Positions 1 through 12,829 of a DNA stretch of 64,000 nucleotides are shown here, one piece after another (position 1 is the stretch's first letter; each line of letters starts with the position of its first letter). Made by a program: the position numbers and the translations under genes. The stretch lies in NCBI RefSeq assembly GCF_963921235.1, contig NC_086097.1, forward strand, positions 219,358,001 through 219,422,000, read 5' to 3'. The notes below the pieces were generated by a model. That model saw only the letters and a list, made by a program, of their open reading frames with translations. It did no database searches and was not told the origin of the DNA. The DNA comes from Mobula hypostoma. Lineage: Eukaryota.

Positions 1-463
1 AGCATCCATCATCAGGGAGCCCCACCACCCAGGTCATGCTCTCTTCTCAATACTGTCATCAGGAAGAAGGTACAGGAGCCTCAGGACTCACACCATCAGG
101 TTCAGCAACAGTTGTTACCCCTCAATCATCAGGCTCCTGAACCAGAGGAGATAACTTCACTCAACTTCAATTGCCCAGTCACTGAACTGTTCCCACAACA
201 AATGGAGTCACTTTCAAGGACTCTTCATCTCATGTTCTTCATAGTTATTGCTTATTTTTATTTTATTATTATTGTTATTCCTTTTTGTATTTGCACATAC
301 TATTGTCTTCTGCACATTGGCTGCATGCTCAGTTGGTGGGGTGTTTCATTAATTCTATTATGGTTATTGGATTTATTGAGTATGCCCACAAGAAGAACAA
401 TCTCGGGCTGGTATATAGCGACATATATGTACTTTGAGAATAAATTTGCTTCGAAGTTTGAAC
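1..463 (+). mobile_element. Rex1/Babar-like LINE, 3' fragment
   Basis: Reads ...HPGHALFS.LSSGRRYRSLRTHT.RF.NS.YP, the typical RT C-terminus, followed by an AT-rich 3'UTR. The same end recurs at 6630-7165 and 32720-33060. Confidence 0.75.
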
Positions 464-559
464 TCACAACAATAATAAATTAAGTGCTGAATGATTCAGT
501 TTCAACCCACTGTCTTTAAATATGGCTTGAAGGGGCTTTTTCTTGATTATATAGCTAGA

Positions 560-1365
560 TAGTTAGATCCCAAAGGAAATTACAGTGTCACGATAGCACT
601 ACAAGAGCACAGATATACAAATATACAAATATTAGAAGAGAAGTAAGAAAGAATAAAAGAGTAATTTACCTCAAACTGTCCAACAGGAGGGGGTCATCAC
701 TTCCCCAGCTATAGGTTGACTCTTTATAGAGTCTAACGGCCAAGGGCAAGAATGACAAACAAGAGAGATTCTGCAGATGCTGGAAATCCTAGCAACACAC
801 ACAAAATGCTGGAGGATCTCAGCAGGCCAGGCAGCAGCTATGGAAAAAAGTACAGTTGATGTTTCAGGCTGAGACACTTGGGCAGGACTTATGTCTCTGC
901 CCGAAACATCGACTGTACTTTTTTCCATAGATGCTGCCTGGCCTGCTGAGTTCCTCCAGCACTTTGTGTGTATTGCAAGCATAAGAATGACCTCATATAG
1001 CACTCTTTAGAGCAGCGCAGTTGTCTTATTCTATGCCTAAAATTGCTCCTCTGTTCAGCCAAGGTGGCATGCAGAGGGTGAGAAACATTGTCCAGAACTG
1101 CCAGGATTTTCTGTAGGGCCCTTTGTTCTACCACAGCCTCCAGTGTAACCGGTTTGACTCCTATGACAGAGCCAGCCTTTCTAATCAGTTTATTGAGCCT
1201 GTTGGTATCACTTATGTTGATGCCATTGCCTGAGCATGCCAGTAGATTATACTGGCAACAACAAGCTGGTAGAACATGAGAAGGAGAGGCCATCAGGAAG
1301 AAGAGGAGACTCTGGTCCTTCTTGTACACAGCCTCTGTGATGGTGCTCCAATGAAGTCTGTCATA
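560..1365 (-). mobile_element. Rex1-like LINE, 3' fragment, interrupted by a PLE fold-back
   Basis: ORF 889-1380 (EAVYKK...RLNKLIRKAGSVIG...LDNVSHPLH) is homologous to ORF 7551-8402. Confidence 0.8.
757..982. mobile_element. Penelope-derived fold-back insertion with decayed hammerhead motifs
   Basis: Inverted arms centred near 890. TSD AAGAATGAC at 748-756 and 983-991. Confidence 0.85.
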
Positions 1366-1727
1366 AACTTTGAAATCCAATAATTTCCTATAGTTTTGAT
1401 CTTTATGGTTGAATCTAAATTCCTACACATATACAGTAGCTTGAGTTTGAACTTGCCAATAATACAATAAATGGTAAGTGATTTACTTGGTCATTACGAT
1501 AACCTTATATTCTGCAGTAACACAGTGAAAAATGCAATCTATTCCTATAAATGGAGGCAATTATCTGAGCTAACACAAGGAGAAAGGGCTTCATGACATT
1601 TACTTAATGAAGTGTCTCAATCAGTCCTGAACCATACTTGAATCCAATCAGTCCTTCAATTTTGCATTTGAATATCATCTGATCAAGGGTACTTCAAGAG
1701 AAGATGATACCAGGTCTGAATATTAAT

Positions 1728-1855
1728 AAATTGCAGATGCTGGCCATCTGAAATTAAAAAAAAGAGGAAGTGCTGAAAATACTCAGTTAGTCAGGCAACA
1801 TTAGTAGAAAGTGAACATGAAGCTTTAGGTTGTAAACCCTTTGTTAGAACTGAGA
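1728..1855 (-). mobile_element. Old PLE 3' end
   Basis: tgcagatgctgg...gtgctgaaaatactcag...aacccttgttagaactg is a degenerate match to the PLE terminus. Confidence 0.5.
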
Positions 1856-3696
1856 AGATGGAGGAACTTTATGACGTTGGGAGGGAGTAATGAATAAGGC
1901 AATTGGAATATCCCCAAATATCAATGGTTGCCATGGATTACAAGTTGTGGATGAAGTTATCTGGTTGATAGGTTAATAAGTACAGGAAGAGAGAAAGAAC
2001 ACGAAGAAAGGAAGATAAAAGCTGTGAAATGAGGGCAGTAAGAGAGAGGAAAATAAAAGCTGGGAAATGTAGAATTCACAGTAACTTTATTATCAAAGTA
2101 TGTATATGTTACTATATATTAACTTGAGATTCATTTTTGCAGGCATTTACAGGAAAATAAAGAAATACAATAGATTTTATGAAAATCCATACATTAACAA
2201 GAACTGACAAATAACCAATGTGCTAAAGAAGACAAATAAAAATAATACTGAGAGCTTGAGTTGTAAAAAGCCTTTTAAAAATAGGTCATAGAAACATTTC
2301 AGAGTTGTGGTGAATGAAATTATCCATGCTGGTAAAGGAGCATGACGATCAAGAAAATAACTCTTCTAGAACCTGGAGTTGTGGGACTTAAGGCTTCACT
2401 ACCTCTTGCCAGGGATGGTAAGAGTGAGAGGAGAACATGGCCTGGATGGTGGAGATCCTTGATGATGGACAGTACAACTGGATGACCTGCAGCAAAACTG
2501 GCAAGTCTGACACAAAGAGAGCTACAAGATGGAGAAGTTGAGACTGAGGTTTACTTTGGGCTTTGTTACAATGGTCCAATAGAAAACGGGCACATCAGAC
2601 ACACGTGTTTATTGTGATGCAGGTGTTAAAACCAGGGTTATACTCCCTGGGACAAAGAGGTGAAAAGGCAGAGATGCAATGCAAGTGCAAGTTTGGAAGA
2701 CTTTAAGGAATCAAACAACAAAGATTACATTCATAGCAGCAAGGAAGCATAACCTCAGAACTGATAGAAGAAATATAGAGGAGAAAAATAGAATTATTCC
2801 CCTCTGAAAAGATTATTCAGATACAAAATCCATTATTATAGTTGTCTGTTGGAGACAGATTGATCACGTACTTTGACTGAATTGAATCTGAATTTGATGT
2901 GATTTCCAGCTGGGGTTTTCCATTTTTCCACAAAATACACACCGACATTTGTTTTTCCAAGTAATCATGATTCTTCCCCTAAAGTTATTGCAAATATTCA
3001 AGAGAAACCCCTGGGGAATTTTACCATTAAAAGAGAAACAATATTAAAAACGATATACAGCTAGTGCAGGAAACTGATGAGAGGAAATCGATCTGACTAG
3101 GGGGTGAAACTGGTGCAATGGGCCAATGACTTTCTGCATTGAAATTCCTCTTACTCTGTGATCTTGCATTCTAAGCAATATGCTCTATATTCCACTTTGG
3201 GAAGACACAGGCATTGCTATCATGAATATTTTAAAAAACAATTTCAAGTGTGTGATGAATCTTATGAATGAACTTTAGTTCTTTAACAAGTGTTTGCACT
3301 GTCAGAAGGTAAAGTACTTAAACTTCATTGCAGATCACCTCAATCAGTAGAAAAAACAAAATGGCTGTGGCAGTCAGCAGGGCTCTTACAACATTTTGAA
3401 TGCTATTGGTTCTGTAGTACCATTCCTGCCATTATGTCAGATGCATTGATGAAGAAAGCCCCAGCACACAGAGGTCCAAGTACTGGTTCTAAATACTTGG
3501 TTGATGTTCTTTAGTTGATGGGTCTTCTCTGCTTGGTTTGAAGTCTTCTTTGCTTCGTTGCAGCTGACTTCAGTGAGCACCTGGGCCAAAGTTACAAAAT
3601 CACATGCAAAGCCAACTCAGCTGCTTCCCCCGTAAGCCCATTAAGAATCTTTATCATGAGAGTTGAGTTAGGAGAATTATCTCAGGGGACAACATA

Positions 3697-4195
3697 GAAT
3701 CAGAATCAGTTCAGGGTTATTGTCACTGTCATACATTGTAAAATATGTTGTTTTGCAGCAGCAGCGCAGTGCAAGACAAAATATCACTATAATTAAATAA
3801 ATAGTGCCAAACAAGAATAATGAGGTCATGTTCATGGGTTCATGGATCGCTCAGAAATCTGGTGGTGAAGACTATAAGACCATAAGACATAGGTCCACAA
3901 TTAGGCCATTCAGCTCATCAGAAGAAGCTGTTCCTATAGGTCTTCGTGCTCATGCATCTCATTCCCAGCAGTAATAATGAGAAGAGGGCACGTCCCGGAT
4001 AGTGAGAGTCCTTAATGATAGAAACCACCTTCTTGAAGCACTGCCTCTTGAAGATGTTCTCACTGGCAGAAAGGGCTGTACCCATGATGGAACCGAATGA
4101 GTCTATAACCCTCTGCAGCCCCTTGGGATTCTGTGTATTGGAGGCTCCATACGAGGCTGTGATGCAACCAGTCAGAGTGATCTCCACTGATGACA
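3697..4195 (-). mobile_element. Rex1-like LINE, 3' fragment
   Basis: ORF 3918-4214 (LTGCITASYG...LQRVI...IIKDSHYPGRALFSLL). (AGAATC)n tail near 3697. Confidence 0.75.
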
Positions 4196-4244
4196 AACCA
4201 GTTAAATGCTTCACTTTGCACTGGAAATGGGCAGCTAGTATTCA

Positions 4245-5975
4245 GGATTATACTTATCGTGTTCCCACTACTTATAAAGTGCTCCAAATGACGTGCATCT
4301 CCAACAGCCTCTGACAACCAAGTCCAACTCTTGGCCTTCACATAAACACAAAATACTCTGAAGATGCTGGGGTCAAAGCAACACTCAGAACACCCTGGAG
4401 GAACTCAGTAGGTCGGGCAGCATCCGTGGAAACGATCAGTCAACGTTTCGGGCCGGAACCCTTCGTCAGGATTGTAGAGGGAAGGGGCAGAGGCCCTATA
4501 AAGCAGGTGGGGGGAGGGTGGGAAGGAGAAGGCTGGTAGGTTCCAGGTGAAAAACCAGTAAGAGGAAAGATAAAGGGGTGGAGAAGGGAGGCAGGGAGGT
4601 GATAGGCAGGAAAGGTGAAGAAGGAATAGGGGAAAACACAATGGGTAGTAAAAGGAGGCGGAACCATGAGGGAGGTAGTAGGCAGCCGGGTGAAGGGGTA
4701 GAGTGAAATAAGGGTAGGGGAAGGGAGGGGGAGGGAATTACCGGAAGTTGGAGAATTCTATGTTCATACCAAGGGGCTGGAGACTACCTAGACAATATAT
4801 GAGGAGTTGCTCCTCCAACCTGAGTTTAGCCTCATTATGGCAGTAGAGGAGGCCATGTATGGACATATCCGATGGGATATCTGAAACCTGATGCAGTTTG
4901 GGGGACCACTTCGTCGAGCACCTACGCTCCATCCTCCACAACAGACAGGATCTCCCGGTTGCTACCCACTTCAACTCTGCTTCATGTTCCCATTCGGATA
5001 TGTCCACACATGGCCTCCTCTACTGCCATGATGAGGCTAAACTCAGGCTGGAGGAGCAACACCTCATATACCGTCGAGGTAGTCTCCAGCCCCTTGGTAT
5101 GAACATAGAATTCTCCAACTTCTGGTAATTCCCTCCCCCTCCCTTCCCCTATCCCTACTTCACTCTGCCCCCTCCCCAGCTACCTATCAACTCCCTCATG
5201 GTTCCGCCTCCTTCTACTACCCATTGTGTTTTCCCCTATTCCTTCTTCATCTTTCCTGCCTATCACCTCCCTGTCTCCCCTCCCCCACCCCTTTATCTTT
5301 CCCCTTACTGGTTTTTCACCTGGAACCTACCAGCCTTCTCCTTCCCACCCTCCCCCCACCCTCTTTATAGGGCCTCTGCCCCTTCCCTCTACAGTCCTGA
5401 CGAAGGGTTCTGGCCCGATACATTGACTGATCATTTCCACAGATGCTGCCCGACCTGCTGAGTTCCTGCAGCGTGTTGTCAGTGTTGCCTTGGCCTTCAC
5501 ATGTGGCTTAGCTACTAGACCTGGTGGTACTATTTCTACTGACTAGAAGGGGCAAAAGCAGATCACTGGCGCCTCAAAACCAGTCACTTCGGACAGATAG
5601 GGCTCGTCAGCCTTGGACACCAGCCCACCTAGGAGAAGGAAAACTCTGATTTTAAACCTTCGCTGCTTTGTGGCCTTACCCATGGGAAAGGCTTTGGGAG
5701 TAAACCCTGAGGAAGAAATCTGGAGCCGGGGTCTGTAAGACAGTTTGATATTGTTTACAGCTTCACTCTGGCAACCTCTGCGACGACACTGGTGCCAAGC
5801 TGTATTGGCGCTTGCCTTTCTCTTGGACTATATCAGTGACGTGGAGAGGGGGAACCCGCTGCGTGGGCAACAGTTGGTTCTTCAAATCTTCCCACCCAGG
5901 CATGCGCTCTAGAGAGGACACAGTCCACCAGAGGCGCAAAGCCATGATCCCCCGGGATCGATGGCAGCCTACCAG
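4245..5975 (+). mobile_element. Non-autonomous SINE-like (possibly RTE-related) repeat split by a PLE insertion
   Basis: Segments 4245-4343 and 5489-5975 join across the TSD. A reverse-complement copy lies at about 47003-47565. Confidence 0.6.
4344..5488. mobile_element. Penelope fold-back insertion with ~500-bp inverted arms and GIY-YIG C-terminus
   Basis: The same peptides appear on both strands (LPVATHFNS..HS..D......GLLYCH.EAKLRLEEQ.LIY..GSLQPLGMNIEFSNF; ORFs 4738-5007 and 4898-5128). TSD CTTGGCCTTCACAT at 4330-4343 and 5489-5502. Confidence 0.92.
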
Positions 5976-6629
5976 TTATTGTGTTACAAATGGAATTAAT
6001 TCAATGGTCAATTATTCTTCAATACAAGGTTTTTCCACATCACTCAAGATACTCTGAGAAGACGACTCATACTTCATTCAAATTTTGTAGTATGCACTGA
6101 TCCCCAAGTACTCTTTCAAAGCACTACATGATGTGTGTGACCAACACTCCTTTTCATTATGATATGTAGGACAGACCTGCAGTTCTTTGTCTCTGTCTAG
6201 GATTATGTTATCACTCATAAAAATAATTCTCCATTAGTGTACTTTTACTAGAGACATTTAGATAATGATAGAATGCTTTATTTGTCAAAGAAAGACATCA
6301 AAAAATTCCATGGTAATTCCGTATTCCATCAGAGAAAGCAGAGCATACATTTTTCAAATGTATTTTCATTCTTCAACCAAAATCAGTTAGGCAACGTAAG
6401 CACTTTTTCTGTTTTTTTGACCTGGCTGTGAATAAATTGTTGCAATGTTTAGTCAAGCCAGAACAATAAATGCCAAATAAGTTTTATTGGCTGTGAAACA
6501 CTTTGAGCTACACTGTGCATTTTAAAGGTACGGTGTAATTTGCTTCTTCAAGATTTAACACTGTGCCAACACATATCATTAAAAATTTCCTTGTGCTATA
6601 TGGCCAATGCCCAAACATGGACAAGTCTA

Positions 6630-7165
6630 CATAAAATGAGAAACAGCCCAGTCCGTCACAGGCAAAGGACTTCCCAGCATAAACACATCTCCAAGGAGTG
6701 CTGACGCAAGAAAGCAGCATCCATCATCGAGGACCTTGTCACCCAGAGCACGCTCCCTTCTCACAGCTGCCATCAGGAAGGACGTGCAGGAGCCTTAGGT
6801 CCCACGCCACCAGGTTCAGGAACAATTATTACCCTTCAACCATCAAGCTCCTGAAACAGCATGGACAACTTCTCTCATCTCAACTCTGAACTGATTCCAA
6901 ACCTACCGCAGACACAAACGCTTCACAAACCCTGTGGGATCACTTTCAAGGACTCTACAACTCATATTCTTAGTATAATTTATTTACTTGTTAAAATTTG
7001 CAGTTTGTCTTTACACATTAGTTGTGTGTCAGTTTTTGTGTGTGGTTGTTTGTTGATTCTGTTAATTTCATTATTTACTCTGAATGCATGCAAGAAAATG
7101 AATCGCATGGTGACATACTGTATATGTACTTTGATAACAAATTTCCGCCCATCATTGAACTTTGA
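6630..7165 (+). mobile_element. Rex1-like LINE, 3' fragment
   Basis: HPEHAPFSQLPSGRTCRSLRSHATRFRNNYYPSTIKLL plus 3'UTR. Confidence 0.75.
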
Positions 7166-7406
7166 GTGTGCTTGTTAGGAAAGGGAAGGTAGCCAGAGTG
7201 GTGATGTATCAATATTTCTGATACATTTTTAATGAATACAGTCTGATTGATTATTTTACAGTACACAGAACTCAAGAGTTAATCAAAAACACTTCATTAT
7301 TTTCTCTCTGTGTGTTGACCGTTGTTGGAGGAAATCAGAAACAAAAGAGTGAATGAAAAAGATAGGAAAATATTATTTGTATAAAAAATTAAATACAAGG
7401 TATTTA

Positions 7407-9400
7407 GTCATATTCATAGTCATACTTTATTGATCCCGGTGGAAATTGGTTTTCGTTACAGTTGCACCATAAATAATTAAATAGTAATAAAACCATAAAT
7501 AATTAAATAGTAATATGTAAATTATGCCAGGAAATAAGTCCAGGACCAGCCTATTGGCTCAGGGTGTCTGACCCTCCAAGGGAGGAGTTGTAAAGTTTGA
7601 TGGCCACAGGCAGGAATGACTTCCTATGACGCTCTGTGTTGCATCTCCGTGGAATGAGTCTCTGGCTGAATGTACTCCTGTGCCCGACCAATACATTATG
7701 TAATGGATGGGAGACATTGTCCAAGATGGCATGCAACTTGGACAGCATCCTCTTTTCAGACACCACCATCAGAGACTCCAGTTCCATCCCTACAACATCA
7801 CTGGCCTTACGAATGAGTTTGTTGATTCTGTTAGTGTCTGCTACCCTCAGCCTGCTGCCCCAGCACACAATGGCAAACATGATCGCACTGGCCACCGCAG
7901 ACTCGTAGAGCATCGTCAGCATCGTCCGGCAGATGTTAAAGGACCTCAGTCTGCTCAGGAAATAGAGACGGTTCTGACCCTTCTTGTAGACAGCCTCAGT
8001 GTTCTTTGACCAGTCCAGTTTATTGTCAATTCGTATCCCTAGGTATTTGTAATCCTCCACCATGTCCACACTGACCCCCTTGATGGAAACAGGGGTCACC
8101 GGTAGCTTAGCTCTCCTCAGGTCTACCACCAGCTCCTTAGTCTTTTTCACATTAAGCTGCAGATAATTCTGCTCACACCATGTGACAAAGTTTTCTACCG
8201 TAGCCCTGTACTTAGCCTCATCTCCCTTGCAGATGCATCCAACTATGGCACAGTCATCAGAAAACTTCTGAAGATGACAAGACTCTGTGCAGTAGTTGAA
8301 GTCCGAGGTGTAAATGGTGAAGAGAAAGGGAGACAAGACAGTCCCCTGTGGAGCCCCAGTGCTGCTGATCACTCTGTCGGACACACAGTGTTGCAAGCAC
8401 ACGTACTGTGGTCTGCCAGTCAGGTAGTCAAGAATCTATGACACCAGGAAAGCATCCACCTGCATCACTGTCAGCTTCTCCCTCAGCAGAGCAGGGCGGA
8501 TGGTGTTGAACGCACTGGAGAAGTCAAAAAACATGACCCTCACAGTGCTCACGGGCTTATCCAGGTGGGCGTAGACACGGTTCAGCAGGTAGACGATGGC
8601 ATCCTCAACTCCTAGTTGGGGCTGGTAGGCGAACTGGAGGGGATCTAAGTGTGGCCTGATCATAGGCCGGAGCAGCTCCAGAACAAGTCTCTCCAGGGTC
8701 TTTATGATGTGGGAGGCCAATGTCACCGATCTGTAGTCATTGAGGCCACTGGGGCTCGGCGTCTTCGGCACAAGGACAAGGCAGGATGTCTTCCACAGCA
8801 CAGGAACCCTCTGCAGCCTCAGGCTCAGATTGAAGACATGGCGAAGTACTCCACATAGCTGAGGGTCACAGGCTTTGAGCACACTGGTACTGACACCATC
8901 CGGTTCTGCAGCCTTGCCTGGGTTGAGACGTTTCAGCTGACTTCTCACCTGTTCAGCTGTGAAGCCCACCATGGTGGTTTTGTGTGGGGAAGGGGTATAG
9001 TCATGAGAGCAGGGTGGGGGACTGTGAGGAGGGGTAGGATGGGAGAGTGGAATATTTGTTGGTTGGGGGCCGACAACAGATGGCTCATGTGGGGGATGGG
9101 CAGGGGCCACAATGTCAAATCTGTTAAAGAACAGGTTAAGTTCGTTGGCCCTGTCCACACTGCCTTCAGCTCCTCTGTTGCTAGTTTGCTGGAAGCCAGT
9201 GATGGTCCTCATCCCACTCCAGACCTCTCTCATGTTGTTCTGCTGGAGTTTCCACTCAAGCTTCCTCCTGTACCTGTCTTTAGCCTCCCTGATCCTGGCT
9301 TTCAGGTCCCTCTGTATTGCCCTCAGCTCCTCCCTATTTCCATCCCTAAACACCCTCTTTTTAGTGTTCAGGATGTTCTTAATGTCCTTTGTTACCCATT
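7407..9400 (-). mobile_element. Young 5'-truncated Rex1/Babar-like LINE (reverse transcriptase)
   Basis: ORFs 8436-9353 and 7551-8402 are in the same frame, separated by one TAG. Motifs QFAYQ, FFDFSSAFNTI, GAPQGTVLSP, QKFSDD, YKYLG. (ATGACT)n tail. Confidence 0.93.
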
Positions 9401-10571
9401 TAAATGAGTTAATTGTTTGTGCAAACAGGTTTTGAATCTCTTATACATCAGAAACTACACTTGAAATATCATCCTAGAAATCCTCTGAGTTCTAAATATG
9501 CAAATTTAAAAGATGGTCAACAAATGTTTTGCTCAGAAGCAAGCAGATTCAAAATGTTATTGCTCAAAAGACCCACACAATCATGAACATTGGACAAGGC
9601 TTGTAGGCTTAACAGGCCCAGACTTTCTAGACAGGGAAAACAGCGAGATCACGGATTCATATTGCGTGCGGAAAGCGTAAGGAATAGTGCTGAAGGATAC
9701 GAAGGGTGGGGGTTTTGTTTGCCTGTCACATTGAGGAGTGAGATGTTCAGAAGTAAATAAGGATGTCAGGATTTGACATAGTGAAAGAAAGCTTGGGAAT
9801 ATGAGGGTTACAAACAGATGATGGGAATGGATTCCAGTTGGAAATTGACTGTTGCTGCCAGGTTCAGCCAGAATGATCTTTATTTACCCAATGGGTGAAC
9901 AATGCTACCGGTTTAAATAGGACGCTGTAGAAATGGACAAGACATGTCCTAGGTCATTGATACTTACGGCCAGCATACGGGCCAAAGAAGGAGAAGCCGG
10001 TGGTCGGCAGGGAGAAAGAGAAGCTGGCAGATGGGCCGGAGAAACTTTGGACCTTCTGCAGACTGTCCACAGTGGCACATAGGGAGAGTTAGGAGCACCA
10101 TCAGAGAATTAGGAGCGCGCTTAATGGGGGATCTTACCTGGTCCCTCGATACCACTTCTTTAGTCAAGAAAGCACATCAGTGCCTCCACTTCCTGAGGAA
10201 TTTTTACAGGAGCACCATTAGAGTATCCTGACCAGCTGCATCCCTGTCTGGCATGGGAATTGCAAGGTATCTGACTGCAAGACCCTATAAAGGATTGCGA
10301 GGACTGCTGAGAGATCGTCAGGGTTTCTCTCCCAACCATCCAAGATATTTATCAGGAGAGCTGGGTATGCATGGTCCTTAGCATTGTCAAGAAACCCTGG
10401 CATCGTCCAACAATATCTTTGACCACCTCTACCATCAGGCAGGAGGTACCATAGCATTAGGGTAAGGACAGATAGGATGGGAAACAGCTTCTTCCTCAAG
10501 GTCGTGAGAGTATTGAACTCTCTGCTACCAACCAGCTCTCATCATGTATGAAACTCCAGTAGTATTATATA

Positions 10572-10613
10572 TACTGTCCTGACGAAGGGTCTCGGCCTGA
10601 AACGTCGACTGTA
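10572..10613 (+). ncRNA. Putative minimal type I hammerhead ribozyme
   Basis: Stem I TACTGTC/GACTGTA (6 of 7 pairs), core CUGACGA, stem II AGG..CCT, then GAAAC-GUC. Confidence 0.65.
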
Positions 10614-10708
10614 CCTCTTCCTAGAGATGCTGCCTGGCCTGCTGCGTTCACCAGCAGCTTTGATGTGTGTTGCTTGAATTTCCAGCATCTGCAGATTTCT
10701 TGTTGTGT
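10572..10708 (+). mobile_element. Solo PLE 3' terminus carrying a hammerhead motif
   Basis: TSD GTATTATATA at 10562-10571 and 10709-10718. Core CTGACGA at 10579-10585 and GAAACGTC at 10599-10606. Confidence 0.85.
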
Positions 10709-11000
10709 GTATTATATAGTTTATATTTTAGCATGTGTCATGTTTGCACCTTATGCTGAATATCAATCTTCTGGACTATATGTTATTATTTGTTAATTTA
10801 TTTGCGGTAATATTACTTTATGTGTTGTATGTAAGTTGTACTGTGTTGTTCAACTTGGTCTGGAGAAATGTTGCTTCATTTGACTGTATACATGTCTACA
10901 GTTAAATGACAATAAACTTGAACTTGAATATAGCTGTCAGGTCAATCTGGGCATGTCCTCTACTCCCACAGAATTATAATTTCTTCTTTTTTTCTATCAG

Positions 11001-11031
11001 AGTGAAGGACATGTTCAGATGAACCTGTCAG
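11001..11031 (+). other. Candidate 31-nt host microexon (SEGHVQMNLS)
   Basis: Acceptor ttcttctttttttctatcag and donor CAG|GTATGT. Only one reading frame is open. Confidence 0.35.
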
Positions 11032-12829
11032 GTATGTCATCCTGCTCCATATTTTGCAATTGTTACCTTATTTTGTTTATCCTCTTTTATCTGTGTTCCC
11101 ACTCTCTAACAGCTCCCATTACTCATTGACCAAATAACTTTGTCTAGACTTTATCCCATGGTCACCCTGGTTTTACCCCAGCAGTGACATTAAAATAAGC
11201 TCTATGTATTATTTGCAGCCACTAAACTTACCCAAAGATCCGTGTGCATATGACATGCCGTACACATTAGGATCCATGCCTGGTGTAAGGTAGTGTGATA
11301 CCATCTAAGTAGTTGTGTTTTTGGTAACAGCCAATTCCATTCAAGACAAAACCATTGCACTGTGCAGAAGGTTTTCCTAATAAGACATTTTCAACTGTGC
11401 AGTGACAAAAATCAGACTTGCTGTGAAACTGAAGTGCAAGAATCTTGCCAGATTGGCTTAAGATATCAGAGTTAAATTTCAATGGTTTTCACTGTGGATA
11501 GTCACTCCCCGCTCATTATCCTGCACATCCCAGTAAGGAGCCAACCTGGAGTCACCTGCAGGGGAAGTAACCCTCAGTTATCCTGACCAGAGTAATAGAG
11601 CTATGTATCTGTGTACTCTTCTTCCTCAGCATCAGGGTACCAATTAAACATAACTAGAAAATATTTGCTACTGCCATTAAAATTAAAGCAAAGACGTCTC
11701 CATCATCAACAGCCTGGGAGCCTTCCAAATTTCACTTCGCATCGGATGCCATTACAGAGAATGTGAGAGCATTCTCTGCTGATAATCCCACCCCACTGCC
11801 TGAATCTGGTTTGTAGGGATTTCACATGCTACAAATCTAAACGTGTTTTTGTAAGCCTTGATCAGAAGTATAGTCAACATATGCAAGCGCTGAGAAAGTC
11901 ACAGCAGGGCAAATTGAAAATTGATTTGTCGGCCAAATGCTATTTTCTCAAAGCTTATCTTTTTCAAAGAGGAGATCATATCACTGTTTAGTTGGAAAAT
12001 ATAGCACCAGGGAAAATATGCGTTCATTGTATTCAATAATACTAATTCACTCATTCCACATTATTTTGCACTTATGGGTTACTGCCTGCCCCATTGATAA
12101 GTATAACAATGATCTGAGCATCATTTGTGGTTATTTGCTTTTCCAAATTCTGATAAGATAAAGACCAGGCATTAAAAGCCTCTCCATTGCTGAAAGAATT
12201 GTATTTGGAAGGCATTAGCAACAAGCAAATGCTCTGCTTGGAGATTTTTAAATCTGTGTGCATTTATCCATAATGGCAGTTACCATCGCAGAAGTGCTGA
12301 GTATTTTTGCAGCCCGATGTCCCCAGCCGCCCTGTTCACTGCCCTTTTCCACTTCTCAAAATATTTTTCTTTATGGATTTGCCAGTGGCAACATGTGAAA
12401 GGAAGGAACTCTGGCATCCACCACGTTCATTTGTAAGCCATCTTCTGATCACAAATCATTTTCATGCCAATTCCAATTTTACATATAGAAATTAAAGTAT
12501 TACGCATAGACTTGTCACATGTCTAAAATCCTGATCTAACACAAGAAAATTTCAAACCTGCAAATTTATGCAGAGACTAATAATGATAAGGGTTTTTGAC
12601 TCAATCCACCATCATTGTTTGTAGAGATTCAGAATGACAAATCTAACAAACCTTTATACAGAAGGTAAAAATTATTGCTTTAGAATTTTGCAATGAACAC
12701 AATCGTTATCATAAACATTACAGGAGTATTGTCAATTAATCAGTTAGGCTTTGTTGTAAATATAGTCAGTTGGACCAGACCGCTAACAACAGAACATTTT
12801 TTACTGAAGAAAGCTATTTTAAAGTAACT

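Larger units (their letters stand above)
10075..10928 (+). mobile_element. Degraded Rex1-like LINE, 3' part
   Basis: DLTWS..T..LVKKAHQCLHFLR...LPSGRRY. Ends in aataaacttgaacttgaa. Confidence 0.7.

Noticed and set aside
9960..10070. CTTACGGCCA resembling the 5S rRNA 5' end within a CpG-rich patch
   Set aside because: Only about 10 nt match, and there is no 5S internal control region downstream.
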